Source of the DNA: Octopus sinensis
Lineage: Eukaryota
NCBI RefSeq assembly: GCF_006345805.1
Contig: NC_043018.1
Coordinates: 18,104,001 to 18,168,000, forward strand
Direction: 5' to 3'
DNA: 64,000 bases
Made by a program: the position numbers and the translations under genes. This document shows positions 14,022 to 28,195 of the stretch, piece after piece (the first letter of the stretch is position 1; each line of letters begins with the position of its first letter). Under the pieces are notes generated by a model. The model saw only the letters and a list, made by a program, of their open reading frames with translations, was not told where the DNA came from and did not search any database.

Positions 14022-14414
14022 TTAGTTAGTTAGTTAGTTAGTTAGTTAATTTGGCTCAAAAGCAAATAGCAAGGCCATGTAGGGGGACATGGAGTTAAGT
14101 ACAGGGTGGTGTTCATGTAAAGAGTTCAGGCCACTTGAGGTCCAGGGAGGCTTTGAACAAAGCGGTCGTCGGCATCTTCACCATCTCGTCTGGCAGCTTG
14201 TTCCACGGATCCGCAACCCGGACGGAGAAAGCTCCTCTCCTTCGATTGAGATGAAATCGTCGCAGGTGGAGCTTTTCGGAATGACCCCGCAGCCGACGCT
14301 CCGGAGCAGGAGTGAAGAACAGCTCTTTCGAGAGGTTACACTTCCCGCTTATGATGTTGTGGGCGAGAATGAGATCACCACGGCGGCGGCGTTTTTCAAG
14401 AGAATAAAGGTCAA
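14022..14414 (-). mobile_element. CR1-clade LINE 3' end (5'-truncated)
   Basis: Open frame DLYSLEKRRRRGDLIL...LRGHSEKL...AFSVRVADPWNKLPDEMVKMPTTALFKASLDLKWPELFT*, then a short UTR and a (TAAC)n tail. Confidence 0.9.
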
Positions 14415-14497
14415 TATTAGTATTGTTTAAGTTACTGTGTAGGAATTTGAGTCAGAGCCTTCGAGAAACACGTTCCCTCTTTATGTACATATAGACT

Positions 14498-14905
14498 CTG
14501 GTGTAGCTGTATTGTAAGAGGCGTGTTTCCCAATCACATGGTTCCGGGATAAGTCCAGCTGCATGATGCTACATTGGGCAAGTGTCTTCTAGTATATTTT
14601 CGAACCAACCAAAGTCTTGTGAATGGATTTGGTAGACGGAAACTGAAAGAATCCTGTCATATAAATACGTATATATGGGGGGTCTATTGCGTATGTGCTT
14701 GTTCCCTGTCATCCTTTGACAACCAGTTTCGATGTGTTTATGTCCCTGTAAAGTAGCGGTTCGATAAAAGATATCGATAGAATAAGTACAATGTTTTAAA
14801 TCGATAATTACTGGGGTCGTCTCATTCAACTAAAAAAAAACTTCTTCAAGGCGGTACCCCAGCATGGCCGCAGTCTAATTACTGAAACAAGTAAAAAGAA
14901 AAAAA
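14498..14905 (+). mobile_element. SINE family B, diverged
   Basis: ttgggcaagtgtcttc...ggatttggtagacggaaactgaaaga...cagcatggccgcagtc. Confidence 0.85.
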
Positions 14906-15379
14906 TTAAAGATACAATCTCCGATCGTTGAAATTTTAGCGGTCACTCACGCACAAAACGAAGGCTAATTGCGACCATGTTTTCTTACTACCGTCAGATA
15001 CTGCATTCAAGATATATAAGTACTTATTCTTATCATTTTGTGTAATATTTCCAGTTCTACAACAATTCACTACAATCTATGGAAAGCCTACAATGTATCC
15101 TGTCCCTGAAAAGGGTAGCCCTTTCCAACTCTGTCAACTGCTTGCATATTATCTGCTTCATCTTTATGCCAAAGCTGTTAAAATCAGTCAAGGACAAAAA
15201 GCACCACCCTTATTCTCAATGTCTTATTCCTATCTCGGTCACGGTTCTAATAGAACCAAATTTACCCAATACCTTACTCTTTTACGTGTCACATCAGCTG
15301 TATTTGCCTTTGAGAGTTGGGAGAATCATTAGAGTATCTCACAGAATGCTTTACATTATTACTTCCGGCCGGCTCTTTA

Positions 15380-15720
15380 CATTTGGAGTTCAAATTCCAC
15401 GTAGACTAACTTTGATTTTCATTCTTTCGGGGTCGATGAAATAGAATACCATTCGAATACTGGGGTTGATGTAATCAACATACTTCTTCCTCTCAAAATT
15501 ACTTACCTTGTACTAGAACTTAGAAATATTATTGTTGTTGTTGTTGTTATCAGTACGGTGAGCGGCCAGAGCCGTTAGAGCGTCAGACAAAATACTTGGT
15601 GACATTTCTTCTTGAACTTGAAAATTTATGTTCATATCCTTCCGAGGTAAACTTTGTTTTTATCCTTTTGAATAGATAAAATAAATAACTGCCTAATACT
15701 GGGGTTCATGGTCTGATGTC
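15380..15720 (+). mobile_element. Two old family-C-related SINE relics
   Basis: gagttcaaattcc...ttttcattctttcggggtcgatgaaa...tactggggttgatgtaatc, followed by a second degenerate copy. Confidence 0.65.
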
Positions 15721-15814
15721 CTCATTTCATAGTTATTGGCTTCGTGCCGAAATCAAAAACCATTCGGGGTGGCGATTTGGCAGAATCGTTAGAATGTCAA
15801 AAAATGACTTCGCC

Positions 15815-15863
<49 letters not shown>

Positions 15864-16888
15864 CAATTCTCACTGGGATCAACCTCATATTTCGTCCCCA
15901 ACTCAACTCCAGGATCAATAAAATAAAGTAAATACTTCGGACAAAATGGTATCGAATAACCACTTCTTTCAGAATGTTTAGTTTTGTGACGAAGTCAGAA
16001 GCAAGTATTTATATTTGGCGTGCAAGTCTTTACGAAATTACTTAAAATTATATTTAGAAACATATATTGTGTTTATTGGAATAGTAAATATTCTACATTG
16101 TATAATAAGAGAAATTAATCATGATAAATTTATAGGGAGTAAAGATTAATAAAGATTGAAGCGAACTAGGTACAAACTTAAATCTTAGAAAAACAAAGAT
16201 AAGATTTGTTTTGACATTGTTTACAAAAATCTATTTGAAAATCCGCACTTAAATTTCTCACAATTCTATATCTTTTGTAATAGATACAGAATTTTCTCTA
16301 TTCAATAACGTTTTAAATTCTTGAATAATAATAAATATTTCATTAGTGCCAACGGAGGACAAATTCAGCCGTATCACAAACAGGTGATACGGCTGACGTT
16401 GTTATTGTTGTTGTTGTTGTTGTTGGTAGTGGTGGTGGTGGTGGTGGTGGTGGTGGTGTGGTGGTGGTGGTTGTGGGGTGGTGATGGTCGTGGTGACTAT
16501 TACTTTCACAAATGCATAAACATTACTTTTATACTATTTTACAAACGGGCTTCTTCCGTTATTTTCTGTTTGTTTTTAGTGACATTAATATTAAATTGAG
16601 TACATTTAAATTTCTTCGAATTTTTCCTTTTTTTTTTGTTTGTTTTTGTAGCGAATTACTCGAGGCAATTATTATTATTTTTTTTTCTTATTCAATATTC
16701 TTTTATATATTTAGAAGATTTTAAAATATTTAGCAGAGATGTTTGTAGAATGGTACACACATTAAGACAAGTGTGGTGTTGCGCCTGGTTACAGTCGCTT
16801 TTCATGTTCGTGTATACTGTTACGCAGACACAACCTTATGTTTCCATAATGCACCACACAACTTACATACAGAGAAACACAAACACAC

Positions 16889-16933
<45 letters not shown>

Positions 16934-16985
16934 AATGATTTTATGAGTGTATATGCTCGTATACATGCATGTATATATATATATG

Positions 16986-17032
<47 letters not shown>

Positions 17033-17253
17033 ATATATATTATATATATATATATATATATGCATATTTGTGTATATTTATATCTATATATGCACTCACG
17101 AACCTGCATCCATATATATGTGTGTAGGTGTGTGAGTGTGTAAATATATACATGCATATATAAATACACACACACATATATATATACATATATATATATA
17201 TTCATACATACATACATACATTCATATATATATACATGTTTGTATATGGATAC

Positions 17254-17297
<44 letters not shown>

Positions 17298-18180
17298 ATA
17301 TATCAGTGTGTGTGTATGTATATATATATATAGTCAAATTTGCTGTTTATATACCTACTACGTAGGCTGCCCGTGTGTGTGTCTGTATGCGTGCGTGCGC
17401 GTGTGTGTAACTCTCAGTGTGTGTATGGGTATGTGTTGAGTGTGTATTTATGAAGGCTAGCAGGTAGGACGTTATTGAAAAGGACTCAGTAACAGTTGCG
17501 AATTCAGTCACTCGCAGTAACACAGAACGCAGCAGCACACAAACACACACACATATACTGACACACACATACACAAAAATATAGACGTCTCTGAGTGCGT
17601 TCTTGTATGTAACTGCGTATAACGTTTATTGTATATGCGATTAGAAATGCAAGGACGTTCTTCCATTGCGGGGGAACCAGGGCGGGCTCGTCATTAGAGA
17701 GCGAGTACTAATGAGGGCATTCTCTGCACTAAACATTAGAACTATACACATAGATAGAGAGTTTCATGAAATTCTAGTTCAATGAGTTGTCGATATTTTC
17801 AATAGCACTTAATTAAGTTCCATGTTATATAGACTTCTAGAATTTTCATATTTTCAAGAATTTCGTTAATGCATTTCTATTTTTATATACATACGTATGT
17901 AGATGTCTTTATTTTCCTTTTTATTGATTCCCTTACTTATATTCATAACTGTTTGTTCCTGTTTATCATTATCAATTGATACGCCAGACATCATAGTAAG
18001 TTGCATAATAGATACGAAACCGACGAAATTCTCAGATAATATTGTGCATCCGTATTTCGAGAGAAATATCATACACGGATACCACCAACACCACCAACAC
18101 CACCCCAACACATGCACACTCACACACGATCATACACACACACACACATAAATATGTGTGAGAATTTACAAGAAAAAAAG

Positions 18181-18273
18181 ACGAAGACGAGGTGTGTAAA
18201 CAAACAAATGTATTAGATTAACGTTCGGGAAGTGAGAAGTGAGAAAATCTTTTTCGTTTCCAGCATACGCTCG
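18181..18273 (-). mobile_element. Fragment of the HHR-bearing element family also seen at 42369-42463
   Basis: Reverse complement gagcgtatgctggaaacgaaaaaga...aacgttaatctaatacatttgtttgtttacacacc matches 42381-42460. Confidence 0.65.
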
Positions 18274-18313
18274 TGTTTGTGTGTGTATATATATATGTAC
18301 ATGCATTTATATA

Positions 18314-18367
<54 letters not shown>

Positions 18368-18373
18368 GGTATA

Positions 18374-18411
<38 letters not shown>

Positions 18412-18461
18412 CATGCATACATAAGCACACACAGACATAAACCAGACAGACAGACAGACAA

Positions 18462-18529
<68 letters not shown>

Positions 18530-18585
18530 GATAGAGATAGATAGATAGATAGATAATAGATAATAGATAATAGATAGATAGATAA

Positions 18586-18665
<80 letters not shown>

Positions 18666-18705
18666 TAGATAGACAGATAGATAGATAGATAGATAGGTAG
18701 GTAGA
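18462..18705. repeat. (GATA)n microsatellite
   Basis: Direct reading. Confidence 0.97.
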
Positions 18706-18993
18706 CAGTTGGAGAAAAGGTAAGAAAGAAAGAAAGAAAGAAAGGAAGGAACAAAGAGAAAGTGAGATACTTAAGAGTTTGACTAAGCTCCACATTGGAG
18801 TTTGTGGTCCTACAACACGTTCACTTTTCTGAATATGTGATTAGGTTGATGTCTTATATGTCCACGAAACTTTAAGTAATGTGGAGCTAAATCAAACTTA
18901 TTAAATACATGTAACTGTAAAGAGATTTGAATACTGCTTTCTTTCATGTGTTTACTCACTTGTACATATGTGCGTATGTGTTTGTAGGTATGG

Positions 18994-19019
<26 letters not shown>

Positions 19020-19024
<5 letters not shown>

Positions 19025-19184
19025 GAAATGGAGTCAAACGTAGGTGTTATTTAAAACATTCAAACTTCCAACATATGTTTCGGAGAAAGCGTTGAAATTA
19101 TTCCGGAGTAATAATCTCAATACCTTCTTCGAATAGAAGTATAAATGGTTTGAATAACAACTGCATTTGACTCCATTTCTTAAT
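19020..19184. repeat. Fold-back palindrome containing half of a hammerhead motif
   Basis: Outer arms attaagaaatggagtcaaa / tttgactccatttcttaat are perfect for 19 bp and pair imperfectly to the centre. The minus strand carries GAAAC-ATAT-GTT. Confidence 0.85.
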
Positions 19185-19364
19185 TTATCTATGCTGTACA
19201 AAAACATTTCACTTAACCATGGAATTTCTATATTTGTATGTAGGCTGTAATATCCTTGGCACTTGTGTGAATTTTTGCTACCCGGGTAATTATTTATTTA
19301 TTTTTCCCGTTTTATTTGTACACATTGAAAAAAACACACACAAATATATATGTATATATATATA

Positions 19365-19402
<38 letters not shown>

Positions 19403-19708
19403 ATCACCGTGATGACCGTGACCGACCAGGCTATCAGATGTTGCTACACATCGCTGGTCACAATGCGCTTTGCATTGTTTTAGCCTTCAAGTGATGCCAC
19501 CCCGCTGGTTAAGCGAGCAGTATAACAGAAGAAAGAATGAGAGAAAGTTGTGGCAAAAGAGAACAGCAGGGATCGCCAACACCCCCTGCCCGAGCCTCGT
19601 GGAGCTTTGGGTGTTTTCACTCAATAAACCCTCACAACGCCCGGTCTGGGAATCGAAACTGCGATCCTAAAAACCCGAGTCTGCTGCCCTAATCACTGGA
19701 CCATTGCG
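19403..19708 (-). mobile_element. SINE family A with alternative tail (A2)
   Basis: Same head as A1; tail ...tgctcgcttaaccagcggggtggc...tgtgaccagcgatgtgtagcaacatctga as in 50136-50437. Confidence 0.88.
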
Positions 19709-19754
19709 ACACACACCACACACACACACACACACACCACACACATACACACAC

Positions 19755-19820
<66 letters not shown>

Positions 19821-19907
19821 TTAGAGACAAAACCACTATTTTGCAAATCAAACAAGGAAAGACTTAATCAATACATAAAATAATTTTAATATAAAGTAAA
19901 TAAATCG

Positions 19908-19951
19908 CCACTGCAAGAGTTTCCTGTCTTCAAATGACATTCATCAGGTGG
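19908..19951 (-). ncRNA. Hammerhead-like motif, type I, with one core mutation
   Basis: CCAC-CTGATGA-A-TGTC-atttgaa-GACA-G-GAAAC-tctt-GCA-GTGG. The cleavage triplet is GCA instead of NUH. Confidence 0.6.
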
Positions 19952-20835
19952 ATTTCATATCTCTATTCTATATATATATATAATATATATATATATATAT
20001 TATATATATATATCTATTATATATATAGATATATATATATATATAGAGATATATATACGCATATATATAAGAAAGGAAGAAGAGAGAGAGAGAGATGAGA
20101 AGAGCAGAGAGATGAGAAGAGAGAGAGAGAGGTGGTGATCATTCAAAGATTGTCGGGTTCGATATTCAGGCAACTCATTTTAAGATGTTTGAAGCTTTTG
20201 AAATCGTTTCAAAATCTTTATAATATACAACCTTTATGAGATACATTTATATATGCTGTGAACAAAGAGAATAGCTGATAAAAGAATTTGTAATTCCTTC
20301 AGAAGAAAACATCACAAATAATAGAAAATATCCTGAAATATGCCAATGAATGATATGGAATGTATAGTAACAATATCATATTTTAACCGTATTCGTTGGC
20401 CGGGTATCTGTTCACCTTCTTGCACGAGAAAATAGTTTATAGCAATTTATGTGTGCCACCTGAAACAGAGCTTTGGTAACAAGGATTATCTAATCAATAG
20501 AAATATAACACTGTGACGTCATCAGTAGAAATGCCAGGTAAACTGATGGGCGTGTCTTTCTCGCCACAAAAGAAATTACATTATGGTTAAGGAAGAAAGT
20601 ATTGTGTTTGTACCCAGAACAAGCGGTCGATTAAATTAGCTTGCTTTCTCATTAATTACCTATTTCATTCACTTGTGGAATCGTAAATTATAATCATATT
20701 TACGATGCCAGGTTGAAAGCTGTGGTCACTGAAAACACGAGCGTAAATATTCCTTGTCCAGCATGGCGGCAGTGAAATAACCGAGGCAAATAAAAGAATA
20801 ATGAATTTATTCTATCTTTTTTTTTTTTTTTTTTG

Positions 20836-21049
20836 TACTTGTTTCAGTCATTTGACTGCGGCCATGCTGGGGCACCGCCTTTAGAGTGGTGAAAGAGTAC
20901 AGCAGGGATCACCACCATCCCCTGCCGGAGCCTCGTGGAGCTTTTAGGTGTTTTCGCTCAATAAACACACACAACGCCCGGTCTGGGAATCGAAACCGCG
21001 ATCCTCCGACCGCAAGTCCGCTGCCCTAACCACTGGGCCATTGCGCCTC
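20836..21049 (-). mobile_element. Chimeric SINE: family A head (20886-21049) joined to family B tail (20836-20885) plus poly(A)
   Basis: Minus strand ...ctctttcaccac|tctaaaggcggtgccccagcatggccgcagtcaaatgactgaaacaagtac(A)n. Confidence 0.8.
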
Positions 21050-21512
21050 TCTGTATTATTTGTTTATATAATTGGTTTCTTTACATATTTCAACATCGTT
21101 TTAAGTTACAAACTTTGAGACAATTCTGAAAACCAATTCTTATAAATTTTGTAAAGGATTATACCTGAAATTCAGTATAAAGGTCACTAAAATTAATTTA
21201 GCATAATGAATTATGCGTTCAAGCTGACAAGCGCGAATGTCAGTACAGTCAGTATTCAATGCAGTAAAATATTTCTCTGAGCTCATTTCTTATAATTGTT
21301 TTGCTTAACACTCCACTTATTTTCTAAGCCTCCATTTCTAATAGAATTTCTATTTTGAAAATATTTTGAAAATATTTTGCGCAATTGAAGACCAATACAG
21401 ATGAAAACAAACATAAGTGGTAACTTGCACCTGATAACTGGACATTTACGTTAGACACTCGACTCACAGTTATTTCTAGTTGGAATGTAGGTATGTACAT
21501 ATATATATATAT

Positions 21513-21550
<38 letters not shown>

Positions 21551-21551
21551 T

Positions 21552-21930
21552 GGAAGCACTCCGTCGGTTACGACGACGAGGGTTCCGGTTGTTCCGAATC
21601 AACGGAACAGCCTGCTCGTGAAATTAACGTGTAAGTGGCTGAGCACTCCACAGACACGTGTACCCTTAACGTAGTTCTCGGGGATATTCAGCGTGACACA
21701 GAGAGTGACAAGGCCGGCCCTTTGAAATACAGGTACAACAGAAACAGGAAGTAAGAGTGAGAGAAAGTTGTGGTGAAAGAGTACAGCAGGATCACCACCA
21801 TCCCCTGCCGGAGCCTCGTGGAGCTTTTAGGTGTTTTCGCTCAATAAACACACACAACGCCCGGTCTGGGAATCGAAACCGCGATCCTCCGACCGCAAGT
21901 CCGCTGCCCTAACCACTGGGCCATTGCGCC
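21552..21930 (-). mobile_element. SINE A1 (recombinant copy)
   Basis: Full-length match to 2491-2878. Confidence 0.92.
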
Positions 21931-22391
21931 TCTCTGTATTATTTGTTTATATAATTGGTTTCTTTACATATTTCAACATCGTTTTAAGTTACAAACTTTG
22001 AGACAATTCTGAAAACCAATTCTTATAAATTTTGTAAAGGATTATACCTGAAATTCAGTATAAAGGTCACTAAAATTAATTTAGCATAATGAATTATGCG
22101 TTCAAGCTGACAAGCGCGAATGTCAGTACAGTCAGTATTCAATGCAGTAAAATATTTCTCTGAGCTCATTTCTTATAATTGTTTTGCTTAACACTCCACT
22201 TATTTTCTAAGCCTCCATTTCTAATAGAATTTCTATTTTGAAAATATTTTGAAAATATTTTGCGCAATTGAAGACACAATACAGATGAAAACAAACATAA
22301 GTGGTAACTTGCACCTGATAACTGGACATTTACGTTAGACACTCGACTCACAGTTATTTCTAGTTGGAATGTAGGTATGTACATATATATA

Positions 22392-23070
<679 letters not shown>

Positions 23071-23169
23071 GTAGAAGGTTGAAAAGTAACACACGAGTTG
23101 ATATGTATAAGGAAAATAAAACAAGGTAGAAAATTCTAAAATAGTTTTATCATGAAATGCATTTTGCTT

Positions 23170-23215
<46 letters not shown>

Positions 23216-23575
23216 ACACACTATCCAAGTATGTCTGCATCCATACGTGTCTACGTGCATAAGTACACCATGATCCATTCACACGCGGACGAGTGTCGAT
23301 TCATATGAAAAAGGAAGTGAGCAAAATACGACCACTTTTAAGTTCGATTTAAAAAAAAAAAATTTAAAGATAATCAAAACAAAGGTGCATCATTTCGAGA
23401 ACCCAATAAACATTTCTACCAAATTTAGTGAAAATCTGTTCATAATAATAATAATAATAATAGCTTTTACTATAGGCACAAGACCTGAATTGGGGAAGGG
23501 GTGGATTAGTCGATTGCATCGACCTCGGTTTTTTTTGTGGTACTTAATTTATCGGCCCTGAAAGGATGAGAGTAA

Positions 23576-23687
23576 ACAAGAATGATCCTTTGGGAGCTTT
23601 GTGGAAATCAGGGACTACAAAGAAAAAAGACGTGGTATGAGCAAACCCCAGGAACCAACGAGCATGCAGAATGCAAAATCCTGTGGG
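23576..23687 (+). pseudogene. Short R4/Dong-like LINE relic between two old C-type SINE pieces
   Basis: RMILWELCGNQGLQRKKTWYEQTPGTNEHAECKILW resembles the HW.LC....WYEH.P....KILWD segment upstream of the RLE domain. Confidence 0.55.
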
Positions 23688-25076
23688 GTGCAAGGATTCA
23701 ATGCGGTCGAATTTATCTTTCATCCTTTCGGGGTCAATAAAATAAGGACCAGTTGAGCATTATTTTGCTTAGAGACGTTGCTTTTTCAGAAAACGGAAAA
23801 ATAGTTTCACCATTCCATAGTAAAACCGTTGTACTACACTTTGACAATTTTTGTTATCTTGGCATCTGAAGCAACTGGAGATACGATAGTTCTAGCAAAA
23901 GAATGGGCTATTGCAAATAATTGGCGAAATCTGAACACACGACAGTTTAATATAGTGGCAACAAGACGTGTATATATATATATATATATATATATATCTA
24001 TATATATATATATATATATACCTTGTTGCTATTATATACCAGGTATGGTTATTCATGTGCTGTACCGTATATCTTTACAGCCAGATGTTAATTAATCCAG
24101 ACGTTCAACAGACCTATATTGAGGAGCGAAAGTTGAGCATGGAGATAAACTCTTTAACGATAATTGGTGTCAGTTTTTCTTTATATAATTAACTTCCACG
24201 TAATTATGGAGCCATTTCCTATTCAATCTGCACGGAATCATTATGAGAAATTCTTCTTAAAATACATCAAAGTGTTACATTAATCTTTACTTTGAGTAGA
24301 ATATTGCCAGTAACCAGGTTGCAATTAATGCGACGACAATTTTGACACTAAATAATATATAAGTGATGTCAATAGGTTTTTTTTCTGTTCTTCAATTACT
24401 AATATGTATCTTCCATACTATAATTCCTAATTTATTATCCGAAAAATCCTTTCTTGTAGAAAGAGCTTGCATTCAGAAATTTTGTAGCGCTTTCGCTGCT
24501 AGTGAAGCTTCAATTAGCACGCGAGGTACGGGAAATATTTTTTGTTTCCTGAAGTGTGTGTGTGCATTTTAGTGCTGCTGTTGATGTTGCTGTTGTTGTT
24601 AGCATTGTTGTATTTGGTGCTGACGATGAAAATATTACCACCTCGGGCTAGTCATGCTAGCGTTTTTAGCTGTTAAATTATTTGCTTTTTGTTCATGTTC
24701 AAGATTAATATCTCGCTTTACAATAAAATTGATATAGTCTTTTTCATATATATTTGTTCTCTGTTTGTGAACTATGCTATTTTGTTCATTGTTGATATTC
24801 TTTGGGTCTCGTATCTAGAAGACGCCATCTTAGCACGAATCTACACAGAGATGGAGAAATAAAATAATTATAAACAAAAGAACCGACATTATGTCTACCC
24901 CGGTATGGGGTAGACTCCGATAAGTTGGAAAGAACTGATTGTAAATAGTTGAACTAAGACAAGCTGATTGTGAAGAATTCGAAGGAAAAAATGTTTTCAC
25001 TTTGACTGGCAAAAACAGAAAGATATTATCAAATCGCCAAAGAATTATGAGTGCATTCACTCATAATTCTACGTTC

Positions 25077-25175
25077 AATAATAATAATAATAATAACAAT
25101 AATAATAATAATAATATTAATAATAATAACAACAACAACACCAACAACAACAACAACAATAATAATAATAATAAT
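25077..25175. repeat. (AAT/AAC)n microsatellite
   Basis: Direct reading. Confidence 0.95.
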
Positions 25176-25209
25176 TTGCTCTCATGCAGTACCAGGCAGT
25201 GGCTCTCGT

Positions 25210-25819
25210 GGGGTTGTGGATGTGAGAGCCTTGCACAAAAAGAATACAAGCGCCGCCACGATAAAGTGTGCGTGTAACTTCCTTGGCTCTTATGCCGTAA
25301 ATATCAATATGAAGTAACAGAGAACTGGTATAAGCATGTACCAAGTAAAGTTATGCAGCATCATGGAAAAGTAAATATACTCTGGGAGTATGGTTTGCAG
25401 ACGGATCGTGTAATCGAACACCGTTAGCCGGATATTGCCATATTGAATAAGAAAGATAAATACTGTCAGATCATTGATGTAGCTACACTAAATGACATGA
25501 ATTTTTTGAGTAAAAAGGTTGAAAAAATCAGCAAGTACTCCGAACTGAAAGTGGAAGTGGCAAGACTGTATGGAATGCGAGAGGTTGATGTAAAAGTGAT
25601 ACCAGTGGTGATCAGAGCGTTGGGCTCAATTCCTTTGAAACTTCAAGACTTCTTAAGCCAACTGGAAATCCCATGCAAGATTGATGTCTAGCAAAAAGCA
25701 GCCTTACAGGGCATAGCAAGCATCTTAAGGAAAGTATTATCTGTCTGATGTCCTCGTTATGACTTGACAGATGACTAAAGACTCCGGTGCATTTTACCTA
25801 CACTGTGCTACGAAGGAAC
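25210..25819 (+). mobile_element. R4/Dong-like non-LTR retrotransposon 3' fragment (RLE domain plus 3' UTR)
   Basis: CESLAQKEYKRRHDKV...ILWEYGLQTDRVIEHR*PDIAILNKKDKYCQIIDVA...EKISKYSEL...VIPVVIRALG...ILRKVLSV*: RHD and PD..D..K motifs with stops; flanked by (AAT)n. Confidence 0.9.
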
Positions 25820-25828
25820 AATAATAGT

Positions 25829-25861
<33 letters not shown>

Positions 25862-25864
25862 AAC

Positions 25865-25907
<43 letters not shown>

Positions 25908-25910
<3 letters not shown>

Positions 25911-26379
25911 GGTATAAAAGATGGGTACAGCAAATATTCTGCTCAATACCACAGATTTGCTTGTCAGTTGTTTGACCTTAACCAGTTGAGCATGTCCCTT
26001 AGTGGCTGACGATATGTGCATCTCTGATCACGAGCAGAAGTAGTCAGGGAGCATCATAGCCATGTGTTGAGAGGGATTCTTTGGGGTTTGAATAGTTCAC
26101 CTCTGGAAACATGGGTGGTTCTTTCAACATCCTTAAACAACCCTTATTCAGGGACCGTTTGAGCGGGATGGGTTACTCGATCTGAAGAAAATTCTAACTG
26201 GGCTCCACCTGCAAGGTCATGTGCTGTTTATCTTGATATGAGATCACCATGTCGCGCACATATGGTTGTGATGCATGTGCCTGGTGTATCTTTATCAGAC
26301 GGGTAGTCATGATGGGTATATTGGGCTTCGTATATTTTACCCCAGTGTCACTTTGATGGCATGCACTGCTCTCTCACTC

Positions 26380-26380
<1 letters not shown>
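25908..26380 (+). mobile_element. Element D: non-coding ~550-bp repeat embedded in (TAA)n
   Basis: Matches 30854-31150 and the reverse complement of 36541-37029; ends ...ctctctcactca(ATA)n. Confidence 0.85.
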
Positions 26381-26456
<76 letters not shown>

Positions 26457-27949
26457 TAACTATCTTCTGTCATTAGAGGATTATTAAGTGACAGTTGGGT
26501 GGTAGAATTTCAAAATATCTCAGGGCTCGGATGATGTAATTCTTAATGCAAAGAGTCGTATTATATACAAATCATTTAAATTCTAAACAAAAAAAAATTA
26601 AACATATTGAAATATATTATATAAGTAATTTTGTTTTGGTGAATTTGATGGCACTTCTGCTATGTGGTGTTGTTGTTGATGCTGTTGTTGTTGCTGTCGT
26701 TGTTGTTGTTGCTGCTGTCTAGTGCCAGGGTCGCCGCCACCATTCCACAATTTCGTTCGCGTATAATGTGTCTACGATTTCATTACGTTAAGTGTTTGGT
26801 CGTTTTGATTTTTATTTGCTTTTCCATAGCACCCTGACATGTTTTACGAATTCCTAGACGAGCCCTCCATGTATTTATTATAAAAAAACTTATTAAATAA
26901 TATTACAAAGTTTAAAATAGTTTCGTACGTCTAGACAGAAATATCAATTATTTTTAGTCAATACCGAAGAACAGAATTGTTACCTTCATGATTTTCCCAC
27001 GGGTTTTGTCAGCGTATTTGAACCGGAATCAATCGAGATTAGAAATTGCACCTTCGAAATTAAATCACCGGAAATTTACGTCTTCCTAGCCAAGACTCCC
27101 CAGAGTATCTATAAATTTTATTTCCTCATATTAATATTATTCAATCGGAATGTTTTCAATTCCATTTTCTGCTATACTATAATTTTAGATAATATCGCAT
27201 ATAATATTATGTATTGTGTATGTATCTGAAAGTGGACAAAGGCATAACTGTTGGATAAAATCGAATTGCTGCAAGTTATGAAATTAGGTTTTTATATGTT
27301 CATAGCCCCATTTCATTGGTTTTAATATTAAATGAAATGACAACTAAAGCAACTGGCAGAAAATGGTGTTGAGATAATAAAGAAAGTATTCTCTCGTTCA
27401 ACATTTCTCTTTATTAAATCGGCTAAAGGGAGGATATCTTTCAGATACGCTTCTACAGCACCGCAACGTTTCCTTATAAACAATTTAGATTCATATTCTG
27501 ATACGATATATCACTCAGATATGAATGAGATGAAAAGTAGCAGTTTGGTAGAGCCATTTGAACCTCGGTGTTTGCTGTATATGTATTTGTTGTATATGTT
27601 GCCGATCTTAAAATCGTCAGTTAGAACCTCGTCGCAGCAATATTCACATCCATCCCGCCGAAGATGATAAGATAAAATACTAATCATTATTTAGATGGAT
27701 TTAATCGACTTCTCAGCATGTAACGGGCTAACAAACTACGGAGTTACCCAAATTCCCGTAGACCTGAGATTCCATTACATCGAGTGACGTTTATTGTCGT
27801 CCCATCACTATTCAGGAACAAAATGGAATAAAGGTCATTCCCGAACCATATGCTCATGAGGTTAGTTTCTCGAATTCTGTGGTGTATATATTTTCCTCCG
27901 GGACAGGACCTGGTTTTTTGAAGGATTACACATTTTTGCCGACTTAGAG

Positions 27950-28072
27950 ATCTGGAGTTATGAGAAATTAAGTGTTTTGCACAAAAACACAACGAATCGC
28001 CTGTTCCAAGAATCGATACCACAATCTTACGATCATGAATGCAACACTCTAACCACTAAGCCATGCACCTCC
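27950..28072 (-). mobile_element. Old tRNA-headed SINE 5' relic (A-related)
   Basis: Reverse complement ggaggtgcatggcttagtggttagagtgttgcattcatgatcgtaagattgtggtatcgattc. Confidence 0.65.
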
Positions 28073-28195
28073 ACCACATCGCTATTATTTACTTGTAATA
28101 TTTTATATTGTCACAAATATAACGAATATACGCACAAAAATATTTTATCTTTATACATACGTTCTCTTTCATAGCGTACCTCATTAAAGAGAGAT

